64,000 nt of DNA from Octopus vulgaris (GCA_951406725.2 OX597820.1:117118001-117182000); one strand, 5' to 3'; positions 1-13,344 are shown, counted from the first letter of the stretch. Notes: generated by a model not told the origin, from the letters alone. Program-made: numbers and translations.

Positions 1-190
1 TTAGTGGTATTTCGTCTGCCATTACGTTCTGTGTTCAAATTCCGCCAAGGTCGACTTTGCCTTTCATCCTCTTGGGGTCGATTAAAGAAGCACCAGTTAC
101 ACACTGGGGTCGATATAATCGACTTAATCCATTTGTCTGTCCTTGTTTGTCCCCTCTGTGTGTAGCCCCTTGTGGGCAATAAAGAAATAA
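1..190 (+). mobile_element. tRNA-derived SINE, family A (5' end cut by window edge)
   Basis: B-box-like GTTCAAATTCC, a body shared with many copies in the window, and 3' tail GCCCCTTGTGGGCAATAAAGAAATA. Confidence 0.8.
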
Positions 191-516
191 TTAAGCTACA
201 AGCCTTTACACACCAACACTATTCCCTTTTCTGCCATCTTCCAAGCAGATACACTCCGATCCATATATGCCTACCATCTCTTTCTTACTAACTCCCCAGA
301 AAACAGCATCGCCCACCACTTTCTAACCCATTCCCTTCCTATTGCAGGTGTTATGTTGCAATAGGTGAAAATCTGTGAAGTAAAAACAGTACTGTACTGA
401 ATATTATTTTATTTCTATAATTTCTATAATTTATTTTATTATAAACATGAAAACAGCACCACAAAGGAATCGACATAAGCTTAAGTAATAAACCGTGATA
501 CGGTGAGGGATTACTG

Positions 517-625
517 TCCATACATACATACAGACAGACAGACAGACATACAGACAGACAGACATACATGCATACATGCATACATGCATGCATACATACA
601 GACAGACATGCATACATACATACAT

Positions 626-656
<31 letters not shown>

Positions 657-812
657 TGCATACATACATACAGACAGACAGACATGCATACATACATGCA
701 TACATACATAAATACAGACAGACATACATACATGCATACATATACATATATATGTACACATGTATATATATATATATATTGTGTGTATGCATATATATAT
801 ATATGTGTGTGT
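517..812. repeat. Compound (CATA)n/(GACA)n/(TA)n microsatellite
   Basis: Directly visible; explains the overlapping low-complexity ORFs. Confidence 0.95.
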
Positions 813-821
813 GCATTGATT

Positions 822-1153
822 GAGAGCTCAAAATCTCTCGTGGAAGCGTCATCCAACCAAAATGCAAATATATGGGAAACTACCACCTGTATCATCTCTT
901 GTGAAAGGTAGGAGAGTCCAGTTTGCTGGACATTGTTGTAGAGCTGAAAACGAGGCAATTTCTACTCTTCTCCTCTGGAAGCCATCTACTCGCGATACCA
1001 GAGGGCGCACACTCTCCTACCCTGATGTAATCTCCAGGGATACAGGCATCCAGCAACAGGACCTCCGTAATGCTATGATGGACCGTGAAGTCTGGCATAG
1101 CATGGTAAATTCCATTGTCTCGACCACGGTCGAACAATGATGATGATGATGAT
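822..1153 (+). mobile_element. RTE-clade LINE 3' fragment with (TGA)n tail
   Basis: Translation ...RRVQFAGHCCR...AMMDREVW matches RTE/RTEX C-terminal motifs (RRLxWxGH, DRxxW); second copy at 33274-33755. Confidence 0.75.
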
Positions 1154-1290
1154 GTGTATGTATATACGTAGGAAGTTCCAGAAAGATTTACCCATTGATA
1201 TTTTTTCTTAGTTATTCAAAATCAACTTAAGGTAGGATAATGAAATTTGGCACACACTTTCTAATGTAAATTGTCAATTCATTGCAGTAA

Positions 1291-2322
1291 TTATATTCCA
1301 AAATGACCACCTTTCACTTTGACCACAGCCTGCAGATGAGTGATCACTGACTTGCTTGACCACTGTACCACCTCTTCATCCAACTTGACCCATGAAAACA
1401 GAAGGGCTCTTTTTTTAAAATCTGACACATTTGAATAGGAGTGGGCAGAAACATAACTCTCTAGGATGGGACCAGGTTGCAAAGTCCATGGGAAATGATG
1501 TTTGGACTTGCGGGAGGTCATATCATCTTGTCCCCAAAACAGCTGAAATGTTCTTTGCACCACCTCTGTATCAAATTAGATGCGTGGGTTGGAGCCCTGT
1601 CTTGAGTGAAGATGTATCACACACCAAAGACTGCTGTGATCCGGGGTAACACTTTCTCATCCAACATTTCCACATAAACTTCACTGTTGACCTTGATGCC
1701 AGCATTGATGAACATCAAAGGAGACTTGAATCCATTTGATGCAACTGCAGCCCACCCCTTGAGTAAAGCTGGCTTCTCATGGTGTAAACGACCCCTGCTA
1801 CCTTCAAGCAAAACTCTTGCATTTTGTGCATAAATCCTAAAGCCTGTCATTCTTCCCGCTGGTAACTGCTTCCAGTGAAGATCTTCCCATTGGACCAGAT
1901 CAATACTTGTTAGCGACATGCTTTATCTCAGCTAACATCGTTTTACTCTTATTGAGACTGTTTCTTCTTGGAAGTTGCTGAAAGTAATGGCCAGGATTGT
2001 TTCTTGTGTGTAGTTAACTTTAAATACTGTTTAAAATTCCTGTGCATTGATGACTTCAAAATACCAAAAGCTTTTACAGTTTTTCTTGCACTCCTGCAGT
2101 GATTTCAGTTCATTCACTTCTTCATGGCTTCAACAGTTTGTTTGCTATGAATTAATCATTTCCTTCCAGGAATTGGCTTGCTGGAGGTAGTAGCAGACTC
2201 CATATACCATTTCCAGGTATTGAAAACTGTTTTACGGCATGCATTCGTGATGTCATGTCCTTGCAGCTCACTCCAGCTGTTTTCAAAATGACAATCTGGT
2301 CACGTTTTGTTTTCGATGCCAT
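1291..2322 (-). pseudogene. Transposase pseudogene, DD37D-like
   Basis: Minus-strand translation with stops and frameshifts: WAAVASNG..SPL, YVEML, FTQDRAPTH...*PPASPN..PMDF, VVKVKGGHFGI*; about 37 residues between the second and third D. Confidence 0.7.
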
Positions 2323-2380
2323 GTTTGTTTACAAACCTGTTATAGACGAACGAAACAATAGACACACAGACAAAAGACAT

Positions 2381-2614
2381 ATCTCTTTTTCTCTTTTTTC
2401 TCTTTTACTTGTTTCAGTCATTTGACTGCAGCCACGCTGGAGCACCACCTTTAGTCGAGCAAATCGACCCCGGGACTTATTCTTTGTAAGCCCAGTACTT
2501 ATTCTATCGGTCTCTTTTGTCGACCGCTAAGTGACGGGGACGTAAACACACCAGCATCAGTTGTCAAGCAATGCTAGGGGGACAAACACAGACACACTAA
2601 CATATACACACACA

Positions 2615-2649
<35 letters not shown>

Positions 2650-2803
2650 GACAGGCTTCTTTCAGTTTCCGTCTACCAAATCTACTCACAAGGCTTTGGT
2701 CGGCCCAAGGCTATAGTAGAAGACACTTGCCCAAGGTGCCACGCAGTGGGACTGAACCCGGAACCATGTGGTTGGTTAGCAAGCTACTTACCACACAGCC
2801 ACT
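2381..2803 (-). mobile_element. tRNA-derived SINE family B with internal (CA/TA)n
   Basis: Head TGGCTGTGTGG...GGTTCAGTCCC (A/B boxes) and tail (GAGTAAAA)n; near-identical copies elsewhere. Confidence 0.85.
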
Positions 2804-2889
2804 CATTTATTTAAAATGTAATATTCCCAGAACCAATATTCTTTAGGAAGAGTTTTAAACATGGGTAAATCTTTCTGAGACACCCTGTA

Positions 2890-2915
2890 TACACTCACAT
2901 ATACATATTTTTACA

Positions 2916-2949
<34 letters not shown>

Positions 2950-3930
2950 TGCATTCAGACACCACACACCCACACACACATACAGACACGATGTCTGCAT
3001 GTGTGTGTGTGTGTGCGTACACATGTTTATATGTATATATGCATGAATGTATGTATACATGCATGTGTGTGTATGTATGCATGCATGTATATATGTGTGT
3101 GTATGTATGCATGAATGTGTGTATGTGTGTATATATATATATATATATACATATGTATGTATGTATGCACATATGTATGTATGTATATATGCATGTATGT
3201 GTGTGTTTATGTATGTATGTACATATGTATGTATGCATGTATGTATGTATGTAAGTATGCATGCATATATGTATGTATGTATGTATGTGTGTATGTATGT
3301 ATGCATGTGTGTGTATGTATGCATGTATGTATGTATGCATGTATGTATGTATGCAAGTATGTATGTATGTATGTATGTATGTATGTATGTATGTATGTAT
3401 GTATGTATGTATGTATGTATGTATGTATGTATGTATGTATGTATGTATGTATGTATGTATGTATGTATGTATGTATGTATGTGTGTGTATGTATGTATGT
3501 AAGTATGCATGCATATATGTATGTGTGTATGTATGTATGCATGTATGTATGTATGCATGTATGTATGTATGCAAGTATGTATGTATGCATGTATGTATGT
3601 ATGTATGTATGTATGTATGTATGTATGTATGTGTGTGTGTATGTATGTATGTAAGTATGCATGCATATATGTATGTGTGTATGTATGTATGCATGTATGT
3701 ATGTATGTATGTATATATGTACGTATGTATGTATGCATGTATGTATGTACGTATGTATGTACATATGTATGCATGTATGTATGTAAGTATGCATGCATAT
3801 ATGTATGTGTGTATGTATGTTTGCATGTATGTATGTATGAATGTATGTATGTTGTTTGCATGCATGTGTGTATGCATGTATGTATGTATGTATGTATACA
3901 TGCCCGTGTGCATGTGTGTATGTATGTATG
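2890..3930. repeat. About 1-kb (TATG)n/(TG)n microsatellite
   Basis: Directly visible. Confidence 0.95.
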
Positions 3931-4369
3931 TTGTTGTACCTGACCCTGAGATATGATATTCGTAGTTGTTATAAGAGAGTAACAAACAGCTCACTGAATC
4001 AATACGGTGCCAGGCGTCCAGCCAAAAGGTCAATAAATCACCAATACTGCAATATGTCTATTGTCAAGACTATTGAATATTTGCTAGGTCAGTTCAGCTT
4101 ACCATAAATAGGTACTATGCAGAAGTACAAAATGACTCGGTGGCATCGCAAGAGTTGTGAAAAGTGGTTAGGGTTTGTAGCAGACCCAGTGGTGGAACAG
4201 GTAGCTGCCTGGGGGCAGTGCTTGAGTCTTCTCTTGCACACCTCCTATGGGGCCACTAGCTTAAAGAGAGGTTATATAGCAGATCCACAAGTGTCTAATC
4301 CCAGCCCACCCTCTGTTTAAGTGTTGCTTGGAGTGGACATCTGCTACCTTGTTCCCCAGAAGTGAGGTG

Positions 4370-4690
4370 ATGGGGGAAGGAGAGAGAGAAGGGAGAAAGA
4401 GATGGGAGTTGGAGAGAGAAGGAGAGTGAGAGTGAAGAGAGAGAGAGAGAGAGGAGAAAGAGAGGAAAGAGGGAGAGGAGAGAGAGTGTGTATGACAGAA
4501 GGTGGGAGAAGTGAGAGAGAGGGGAGAAAGAGATGGGAGTCTGAGAGTGAAGAGAGAGAGGGGAGAAAGCGATGGGAGTCAGAGAGAGAAGGAGAGGGAG
4601 AATGAAGAGAGAGAGGGGAGAAAGAGAGAGAGAGGAGAGAGATAAGTGCATGGGAAGGCTGAAGATGTACGAGGAAGGGAGGGAGGAATC
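4370..4690. repeat. GA-rich low-complexity tract
   Basis: Directly visible. Confidence 0.85.
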
Positions 4691-5399
4691 ATAGGTCTTT
4701 GGTCATAGGCTACTGAGCAGACATTTGATCAAAGGTGTTCCATCCATGACCTCCACATCAAAGGTGTTCTACATGACATAGAGTCCAGTGGATTACATTA
4801 ATTAATGTGGCCTCTTTTTTTATTAAATGGTGGCAGATATTGATTTGAGGGACATCTTTTAGGACAACATTACCAAACATGTGTTCCTTCTTTTTAAAGA
4901 TGATGTCACTTGAAGTAAATTTGGCTATTACTAATAGCAGGTCAAGCATCCATACAGAAATTCCTTAAGGTACATTTTCGGGTGTTTAATTTCAAGAGAA
5001 CCCTGACTGAGCAAATCCATGTTCAATACATTCCTGCATTGATTTTATTCCCGTGTGAACTCCCAATCACTTTACCCAAAGGGTAATTTTTTTGAGACTT
5101 TAGGGGTGAGTTGGAGGCCATTTGGCTGCTATTTCTTGCAGGTTGTGTTACCACAGAGAGGATCTTTCCTTGGATCAGCTGAAAGACAGTGTTTCCTATG
5201 AGTATTTTGTAGTTTACATCACAGTTCTAATGTTCTTGTGGCTTCTGCAAGGAGAAACAGGAACCAACTCAGGTGGAACTTCATCCAAGAGATTCTGAAT
5301 TCAATGAAATCACCAAGAGTGGAATCTTCTTAAAGATCTTCAGTTTTAGGAAAGAACTGGTCATGTGATTCTGTTCCTGGACTACTGACCTCTGTCATG

Positions 5400-6345
5400 T
5401 TCACACACACACACACACACACCAAACACACACACTCTTTTTCTCTACTCTCTCTCTCATTCTTTTCTCTCTGCTTTCTCTCCTCCTGCCTTTTTCTCTC
5501 TCTCCTCTCTCTCACTCCACTTCCTCCTTTCTCTTCCTCCCTACTCTCTCTCCCTTCTCCTCTTTCTCCCCTCTCCTCTCTCTTCCCTCTCTCCTCTCTC
5601 TCTTTCTCTCTCCCCTCTCCTCTCTCATCTCTCTCCCCCTCTCCTTTCTCTCTCCTCTCTCCTCTCCCCCTCCTTTCTCTCTCTTCTCTCTCTTTTCTCT
5701 CCTCTCCTCTCTTTCTCCTCTCTCTCATCTCACTTCATCACACATACACACACACACACATACACACACACTCTCTCTCTAATCTCTCTTTCCTCATTCT
5801 TTCCTCTCTGCTCTCTCTCCTCCTGCCTTTTTCTCTCTCTCCTCTCTCTCTCTTTCTCCCTCCTCTCTTCTATCTCCTTTCTTTCTCTCTCCTCTCTCTC
5901 TTCCTTCTCCTTTCTCTCTCTTCTCTCACTCCATCACACACATGCATGCACACACACACTCTCTCCTCTCTCTCCTACTTCTCCTCATATTCCCCCTATC
6001 CCCTTCCTTCATACACTCACGTACACACGCACTCTCTCTCCTCTCTCTAATCTCTCTTTCCTCTCTCTCTCTCCTCTCTCTCTTTCTCCCTCCCCTCTTC
6101 TCTCTCCTTTCTTTCTCTCTCCTCTCTCTCTCTTCCCTCTCCTTTCTCTCCTCCTTTCTCTCTCTTCTCTCTCTCCATCACACACACACACTCTTCTCTC
6201 TCCTACTTCTCCCCATATACTCTCTCTCCCCTTCCTTCATACACTCACGTACACACGCACTCTCTCTCCTCTCTTCCCCTCTCACATTCCTCCACCTCTC
6301 TTTCCCCTTTCCCTCCCTCACTCCCATCTCCTTCACACACACAAA
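5400..6345. repeat. CT-rich low-complexity tract with ~230-bp internal duplications
   Basis: CCCCTTCCTTCATACACTCACGTACACACGCACTCTCTCTCC occurs at about 6000 and 6228. Confidence 0.85.
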
Positions 6346-6466
6346 CAAGCCCTCATATATATCTCCTCAAGATCTCATTGTTCCACACACCATTCCCATC
6401 CAAATAGTCGGCTACTGTCTTAATAAACAGCGATTAGTCTCTAATCACACTTCCACATGATAAATT

Positions 6467-6497
<31 letters not shown>

Positions 6498-7427
6498 CAC
6501 TACTGCAGGTGCGCAGGTGGTATATGTGTGTGTGGGTGGGGAGATTAGTCTTTCAGGTGATTTGTCATCATAAACATGGTTTAAACTATTCAAAGGAGAC
6601 ATAGTACAAAGGAGGTACAACCAGAAATCAACTAAAATAATAGGTGTAATCACAAGTATAAGACTGCTTTTTATGTTGTTGCTTGACTTGTTAGAAATAG
6701 TAGCAAAATCTCGTTTATTTCTTAATATACTGTTTTAAATATCCAACGGTACATCTAGTACAGTAGTCTCTGTCATAACCAAATAAAAATAAAAAATAAA
6801 AAATGGAATATCTTCAGGTACAGACCTGCTCCTGAGCCAGTTATAAAGGTTCTATGTAGTCACCAGTCTGCTACATATAGCAACCATATCTTCCTTAAAT
6901 GACACACTACTATCTTAATATATAAAACAGAGACGGTATGTGTGTGTGTGTGTGTGTGAGTCTGTGTGTGTGTGAGTCTATGTGTATGTGTGTGTGTGTG
7001 TGCGCGTGTATGTTCCTTATGGATTTGAAAAGTGAGCTGCCAATTTTGAGGTATGCAGTATCAAATGATTCAGTAGTCTTTCGGCAACCAAATAAACTCT
7101 TTTTTACGAGAAAAATAACCTTGAAAACAAGGTTGGGTTGCACAATTTTGAGGTCTTTAGCTAAGGGAGGCAACTCTGCCAGACACTATACTCAATTTAA
7201 CAACAAATGTAAACACACATAGACACACACATATTAGGTGCAAGAATGACTGTGTGGTTGAGAAGTTTGCTTCCCAACCACATGATTCCATGTTCAGTCC
7301 CTCTTGGGTAAGTGTTTTCTACTTTAGACCTAGGCCAACAACAGACTCATGACTGAATTTGGCAGACAGAAACTACAGCGTTGTTTATCAGAAAATGACT
7401 GAAAAACATGTTTATAAAGAAGAGTTG

Positions 7428-7712
7428 TTAGGGCTAGTGTTAGGGTTAGGTGTTTTTCAAAAATATGCATTCCAAGAATTTTGGATTTCATAAAATCTGG
7501 ATTTCCCTTTTAGTACAAATTCAGTTTTCAAACCTCGCATTTTAACAGTGGATTTCGAACCTTGACTTCATACAATCTGTCTTCACAAATTCGGTGTTCA
7601 AACTTGGATTTCAAACCTTGGAATGTCATAAAATCAGTCTTCTGTCAATTCAGTGTTCAACCTTTGGTTTCAAACCTTGGATGTCAAACCTTGGAATGTA
7701 GAAACCTTGGAC
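7428..7712. repeat. Degenerate minisatellite (TTCAAACCTTGGA motif) preceded by TTAGGG-like units
   Basis: Repeated TTCAAACCTTGG/GGATTTC motifs; TTAGGGCTAGTGTTAGGGTTAGG at the start. Confidence 0.55.
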
Positions 7713-8539
7713 CTAAACATAATTAAATCTAATGACACAAAATGGCTACCAGACCACATCAATAACTATAGTTAAAATTAAAGAATCAAACAAAAATCAA
7801 GTTTGCTTTAAATTCACACAAAACGGCTTCATACAAGCAACTGAGTAACCATGAGGCAAAATTTACAGTTTAGTTGTCTAATACAAAAATTTGGCTACTT
7901 GAAAAAATTAAATTCATACACCCTTTAGCTATTTATACAGATTTTAACATTAATCTTAACAGAAAATAGCTAGCAAAATTACTACACAACCTGCCACAAA
8001 TGCAGGGTTCAAAATTCACATAAATATTATAACATAGCATAACTTTAAAAATTTGTCTTTTGTACTCACCCAGATGTGACACAGAAATTATTTTAAATTT
8101 GACAAAAGTTCTGGCGAATTCCTGGAGCATAAGATAAATCCATAAATGCCTATCACAAAGCACAAAGTACGTAAACTAAAGAGGTAATCATAGCTTCCAG
8201 AATCCAAATAAACAACTTTGTCTCACAGAAAAAACTGACACAAAAAACTAGGGGTGGGGTGGGGGTAAAACTATCTCTGTTTCTAAAGTTTGCCAGGGTC
8301 AAGCCAATTTGTCATAGACTCACAGTTTTGGCTATTAGCTATAGCGTTCCCCATTTTAACAATGGACTTCACCCTTACAGTGTAGCATGAAAACTGTTTT
8401 CCTGTTTACTTCAGGTTATAATTTATAATTTCCTAACGTTACAGCTGGATGTCTTTCCTAACATGCCAATCACTTTACAAAGTGTACTGGGTGCTTTTTA
8501 CGTGGCACTGGCATGGGTACTTATTACACGGTACCCAGT

Positions 8540-8800
8540 CACAAACCAAATGTCATCAAGGTCATTCTTGGACAGTTCATTAACTCTATCAGATGACTGA
8601 GATCAATCATGGATTCTGCCAGGAGATTCTCTCAGAAAACCTGAACATATATCAGATTGCTGCAAATTTTTCCCTCAACTCTTGACCCTTGATCAGAATT
8701 AGTGACTTTCTGACAAATCCTTAAAACTTTTTGAGTGTCAATCAAGGTGTCTCTGCTTTTAATCTGGTATCAAGAGCTGGGAGTTCAAACATTGCAGTAA
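8540..8800 (+). pseudogene. Highly decayed mariner transposase fragment
   Basis: HGFCQEILSENLNIYQIAANF resembles the mariner region preceding the WVPxxL motif. Confidence 0.4.
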
Positions 8801-9156
8801 TGTGATACATGTTGAGGTTTTCCGAGATATTCTCCAGGCAGACTCCATAGTAGAGTTAATTCAGCAATGGTCCTTGATTTTTTATATATTTTCTGGCATT
8901 TTTCTAGTGATTGGTCACCCCGAATGGTCCTTTTGTCCATCTTTGAGACATTTATGCTACATAAAACTTTATATTATTTATTTTCAACATATAAGAAACA
9001 GGTGGTCTTGACCATGTTTAAAAATTGCATTTTTTTTTATTTTGTTGTTTCTTGGGAGGGTCATTGCGCCAATAATAAACACACACACACAGGATTAATT
9101 TCATTTCTTTTATTATTACTCTTGGTCAGCTTATATGTTGGAACATATTCTGTTAC

Positions 9157-9660
9157 ATCTTGGGAGGGTCATTATGCTAATAATAAACACACACTGGTTC
9201 TATTTCACTTGTTTTATTATTATTAGTCAATTAAAGGTGGTGAGCTGGCAAAATTATTAGCATGCCAGGCAAAATGCTTGGTAGAATTTTGTCTGTCTCT
9301 ATATTCTGAGATCAAATTCTTCTGAGGTCGACTTTGCTTTTCATTCTTTTGGGATTGATAAGATAGGTACCAGTCGAGCACTGGGGTTGATGTAAATTAC
9401 TTAGCCCCTCCTCTCAACTTAGTGGCCTTATACCAAAATTTGAAACCATTATCATTAGTTAATTAGTTAATATTTAAACCAATTATCTAATCAATTTTTA
9501 ACTGTTTGGTAAATCAACCAGTTGGGTTTGTCACTGTACTTTCTTTGCCATTTGCATATTTATCAATGACATGCTCTCCTTATTCCAGGTATGCTTCAAA
9601 AATAAAAGTGAATTAGAACCAGTGCATGGATTTATTATGGCATAATGACCCTCCCAAGAT
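9157..9660. mobile_element. MITE-like element with ~28-bp TIRs and a nested SINE A variant (about 9233-9450)
   Basis: ATCTTGGGAGGGTCATTATGCTAATAATAAA ... TTTATTATGGCATAATGACCCTCCCAAGAT; an extra left-TIR copy lies near 9050. Confidence 0.55.
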
Positions 9661-10058
9661 AATAACAAAATCTGTCTCAAAACTTGAGTTCACATCAAGA
9701 ATCTTGCAAACCAAATACAAAGGTGAAATATGTTCATCATATTTCTTAAACATACTTCCAAAATCTTCATCAAAATAAATGATGGGAAAATAATAAATTT
9801 AATCACAACAAATTCATCAAAATTAAGAAAGACAACATGATTCAACTAAAAGTTAAATTAAATAAACAAGAAATAGAATCTAAGTTCAAAGAAGGAGAAT
9901 TTAGCTTCACAAACATCTTTTAGCACTGTTAAAGCACACAAATGAGATAATCCTCCCTAAACTATGAGCCCTCGAATCAATATATTCAGGCATAGAACTG
10001 GCAAAAGACAAGCTAACATCATAAAGAAATACAAGAGAGATACCATATATGGTAATTC

Positions 10059-10710
10059 AATGGCCCAGTGGTTAGGGCAGCAGACTCGCGGTCATAGGAC
10101 GCAATTTCGATTCCCAGACCAGGCGTTTCAGTCATTTGACTGTGGCCATGCTGGAGCACTGCCGTTCATTGAGCACATCGACCCCAGGACTGGTGATCCC
10201 TGCTCTTGTAAGCCTAGTACTTTCTCTACTCAGTCTCTTTTTGTTGTACCGCTGTATTTACGGGGACGTAAACACACCAGCATTGGTTGTCAAGCGATGT
10301 TGGGGGAACAAACGTTACAGACACGTGTCTGTGGAACACACACACACACACATATATATATGTCATATAGGGTGTATATATGATCGGATATACCCTGTAT
10401 ATATATAATATATATATCCATCCCATATATCATATATATATCTATATATATATATATACACACACACATATATACGATGTGCTTCTTTCAGTTTCAGTCA
10501 TTTGACTGTGGCCATGCTGGAGCACTCACAAGGCTTAGGTTGAGCACATCGACCCCAGGACTTATTCTTAGTAGAAGACACTTGCCCAAGGTCTCTTTTT
10601 GCAAACCGCTAAGTTACGGGGCTGAACACGAACCATGCATTGGTGTCATAAGCAATTTACTTACCACACAGACACATAAACACACACACACACACATATA
10701 TATATATGTA

Positions 10711-10776
<66 letters not shown>

Positions 10777-10936
10777 TATATACGATGTGCTTCTTTCAGT
10801 TTCCATCTACCAAATCCACTCACAAGGCTTTGGTCGGCTCGAGGCTATAGTAGAAGACACTTGCCCAACGTGCCACGCAGTGGGGCTGAACCCGGAACCA
10901 TGTGGTTGGTAAGCAATTTACTTACCACACAGCCAC
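10059..10936. mobile_element. Cluster/mosaic of SINE D head and SINE B segments
   Basis: Segments match families B and D but are interleaved at short scale. Confidence 0.6.
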
Positions 10937-11375
10937 GGGACAGTAACAAAAACTACAAACATAGTCTTAGAGTACATGTACTCATATCATAAATATAAAA
11001 CCATTTGCTCTACCAAGAAACATCTTCAAAAAGATTCTGTTGCTCTACTCAGTCAAATCCCCTCTTCTGCTCTCTAGAAGATAATCTACATAGCCAGAAA
11101 TAGTGCGTGGCTATTGGTTCTCTTTTTGGATCTGCATGAATTTCATTCTCCATAGCCTTCATGGAAAATAATATAATTCCTAAGCATAACCACACTATCT
11201 TCTGTGGCTATGTTAGGAGATTTTTGGTGACAGATACAAGCGAACAGGCTGATACACTTAAAGATCTGGAAAGCATTTTCACTTTTACATTTAATTTTAT
11301 GTTTACTTTTACAGTCACAACATAACTCTAGCATAAATACAGACTATAACATTACCTCATTCCTTGATATAAAAT

Positions 11376-11420
<45 letters not shown>

Positions 11421-11429
<9 letters not shown>

Positions 11430-11906
11430 TAATAAATAAAACATATGCATATATGCATACATATATGTACGTACCTACCTCTACATGTATATATACACGC
11501 GTATATGAGTACAGGACACCAAAAAACGTCAAACACAATGAGAAACGAAAACATAGACACTACCCCTCTGTTAAAAGATCTCAAATTTTATTTGATTTGC
11601 TTTTCGCAGGAAGGAAAGTTTCTATCGAAGATGCGTCTCACCTTCACCTTTGAAACGCAGAGTAGATGAAACCATGGCGACTGAAGAAGGGATTTTTTCC
11701 TTGTGTTATTTGTCCTGTACTCTATTTTTTTGTTGTTTAAGAAAAATGTCCAGTTCCTTGGTTTTGTGTCTATGTTTTCGTTTCTCATTGTGTTCGACGT
11801 TTTTTTGGTGTCCTGTACTCATATATGCGTGTATATATACATGTAGAGGTAGGTACGTACATATATGTATGTATATATGCATATGTTTTATTTATTAATA
11901 TATTAT
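11421..11906. mobile_element. (TA)n-flanked cassette with 140-bp inverted arms and a degenerate hammerhead in the spacer (Penelope-like remnant)
   Basis: Arms at 11421-11560 and 11766-11906; spacer contains TTTCTATCGAAGA...GAAACGCAGAGTAGATGAAA (11619-11671). Confidence 0.6.
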
Positions 11907-11947
11907 AATACGGAACGCACGCATCCCTTTCTAAGTAAGATTGTTCT

Positions 11948-11980
<33 letters not shown>

Positions 11981-11982
<2 letters not shown>

Positions 11983-12378
11983 CGCAGGAGTGGCTGTGTG
12001 GTAAGTAGCTTACTTCCCAACCACATGGTTTCGGGTTCAGTCCCACTGCGTGGCACCTTAGGCAAGTGTCTTCTACTATAACCTTGGACCAACAAAAGCT
12101 TTGTGAGTGGATTTGGTAGACAGAAACTGAAAGAAGCTTGTTGTGTATATATGTATGTGTGTACATGTTTTTGTGTCTGTATTTGTCCCCCCAACATCGC
12201 TTGACAGCTGATGCTGGTGTGTTTATTCCCTGTCACCTAGCGGTTCGGCAAGAGAGACCGATAGAATAAATACTAGGCTTACAAAGAATGAGTCCTATTT
12301 GCTCGACTAAAGGCGGTGCTCCAGCATGGCCACAATCAAATGACTGAAACTAGTAAAAAAAAATAAAAGAATAAAAGA
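11981..12378 (+). mobile_element. SINE family B, full length
   Basis: GGCGCAGGAGTGGCTGTGTGG head through to tail. Confidence 0.85.
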
Positions 12379-12524
12379 ACTATTGATGACACTAATAAAT
12401 TTTGTTTTAAAGGTGTGGGGAAGTGAGTTGTCAACATGGTAAAAAAAGCACTCAGGCACAATTGTAGCTATGTTCATATCACATGGTGGGTTATACCATA
12501 TTATTTTCTTGTTTAGAACTTTAA

Positions 12525-13200
12525 GAGATGAGTTCTAGCTTTATATTGTCCAACGTAATCTATTCTACTGTAGAAGTCCGATATTTTCATTCCACCACGG
12601 AATATGTTATTATCTGACAATTGATGAGATTTGTGTCTGCTGATATTGCTAATGATATGTTTAATAAATGTAAATGGGTGATAGGAGCCTTTATTTATAG
12701 AAATTGCTTTTTCATTCAGTTTAATGTTGGAACAGTATTTATCTATTTAGATTCAATGTTATCTTTTCTACTCTAGGCACAAGGGCCAAAATTTCGGGGG
12801 AGGAGGCTGGTCGATTAGATTAACACCAGTATGCAACTGGTACTTAATTTATCAACCCCAAAAGGATGAGAGGTAAAGCCGACTTCAGCAGAATTTGAAC
12901 TTTAGATTCAATTTTATCTTTTCTACTCTAGGCACAAGGGCCAAAATTTCGGGGGAGGAGGCTGGTTGATTAGATTAACACCAGTACGCAACTGGTACTT
13001 AATTTATCGGCCCCAAAAGGCTGAAAGGTAAAGCTGACCTCAGCAGAATTTGAACTTTAGTTTCAATGCTATATCTACATAATTTAGTATTTTTAAATTC
13101 CTATTTCATTGCCATTTTACAGTTGAACTGCATTGAGCTCCTTATAGTCTTTTTCAAAGCTTATCCAGATCACATTTCTTTTATTCATACACCATACAAT
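12525..13200 (-). pseudogene. Decayed Penelope-like reverse transcriptase fragment, interrupted by a SINE duplication
   Basis: NLKILNYVDIALKL...DKYCSNIKLNEKAISINKGSYHPFTFIKHIISNIS...LSDNNIF resembles the PLE RT C-terminal FLD...YINxxSNHP..IIK.I...IS motif. Confidence 0.55.
12746..13060 (-). repeat. 155-bp tandem duplication of a SINE A variant fragment (alternative tail)
   Basis: Units at 12746-12900 and 12901-13055. Confidence 0.8.
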
Positions 13201-13344
13201 GCATACCAAACCCTGTGTTAACTTCTATACTATTCTTCCTTAAGTGTACAAGCCCTTTTAGTCTTGGAGGAATAATCATCCAATAACGACCATTTCTAGC
13301 ATTCATTAGAATCTTAAAACTAGTCTCAGTTATATTTTATCCTT

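Larger units (their letters stand above)
1165..2889 (-). mobile_element. Decayed Tc1/mariner-superfamily DNA transposon (maT/DD37D-like) with nested SINE
   Basis: TIR-like ends: CAGAAAGATTTACCCAT near 1179 and ATGGGTAAATCTTTCTGAGACACCCTGTA at about 2860-2888; transposase remnants lie between them. Confidence 0.75.

Noticed and set aside
7428-7450. TTAGGG-like repeats
   Set aside because: Too short and degenerate for an interstitial telomere
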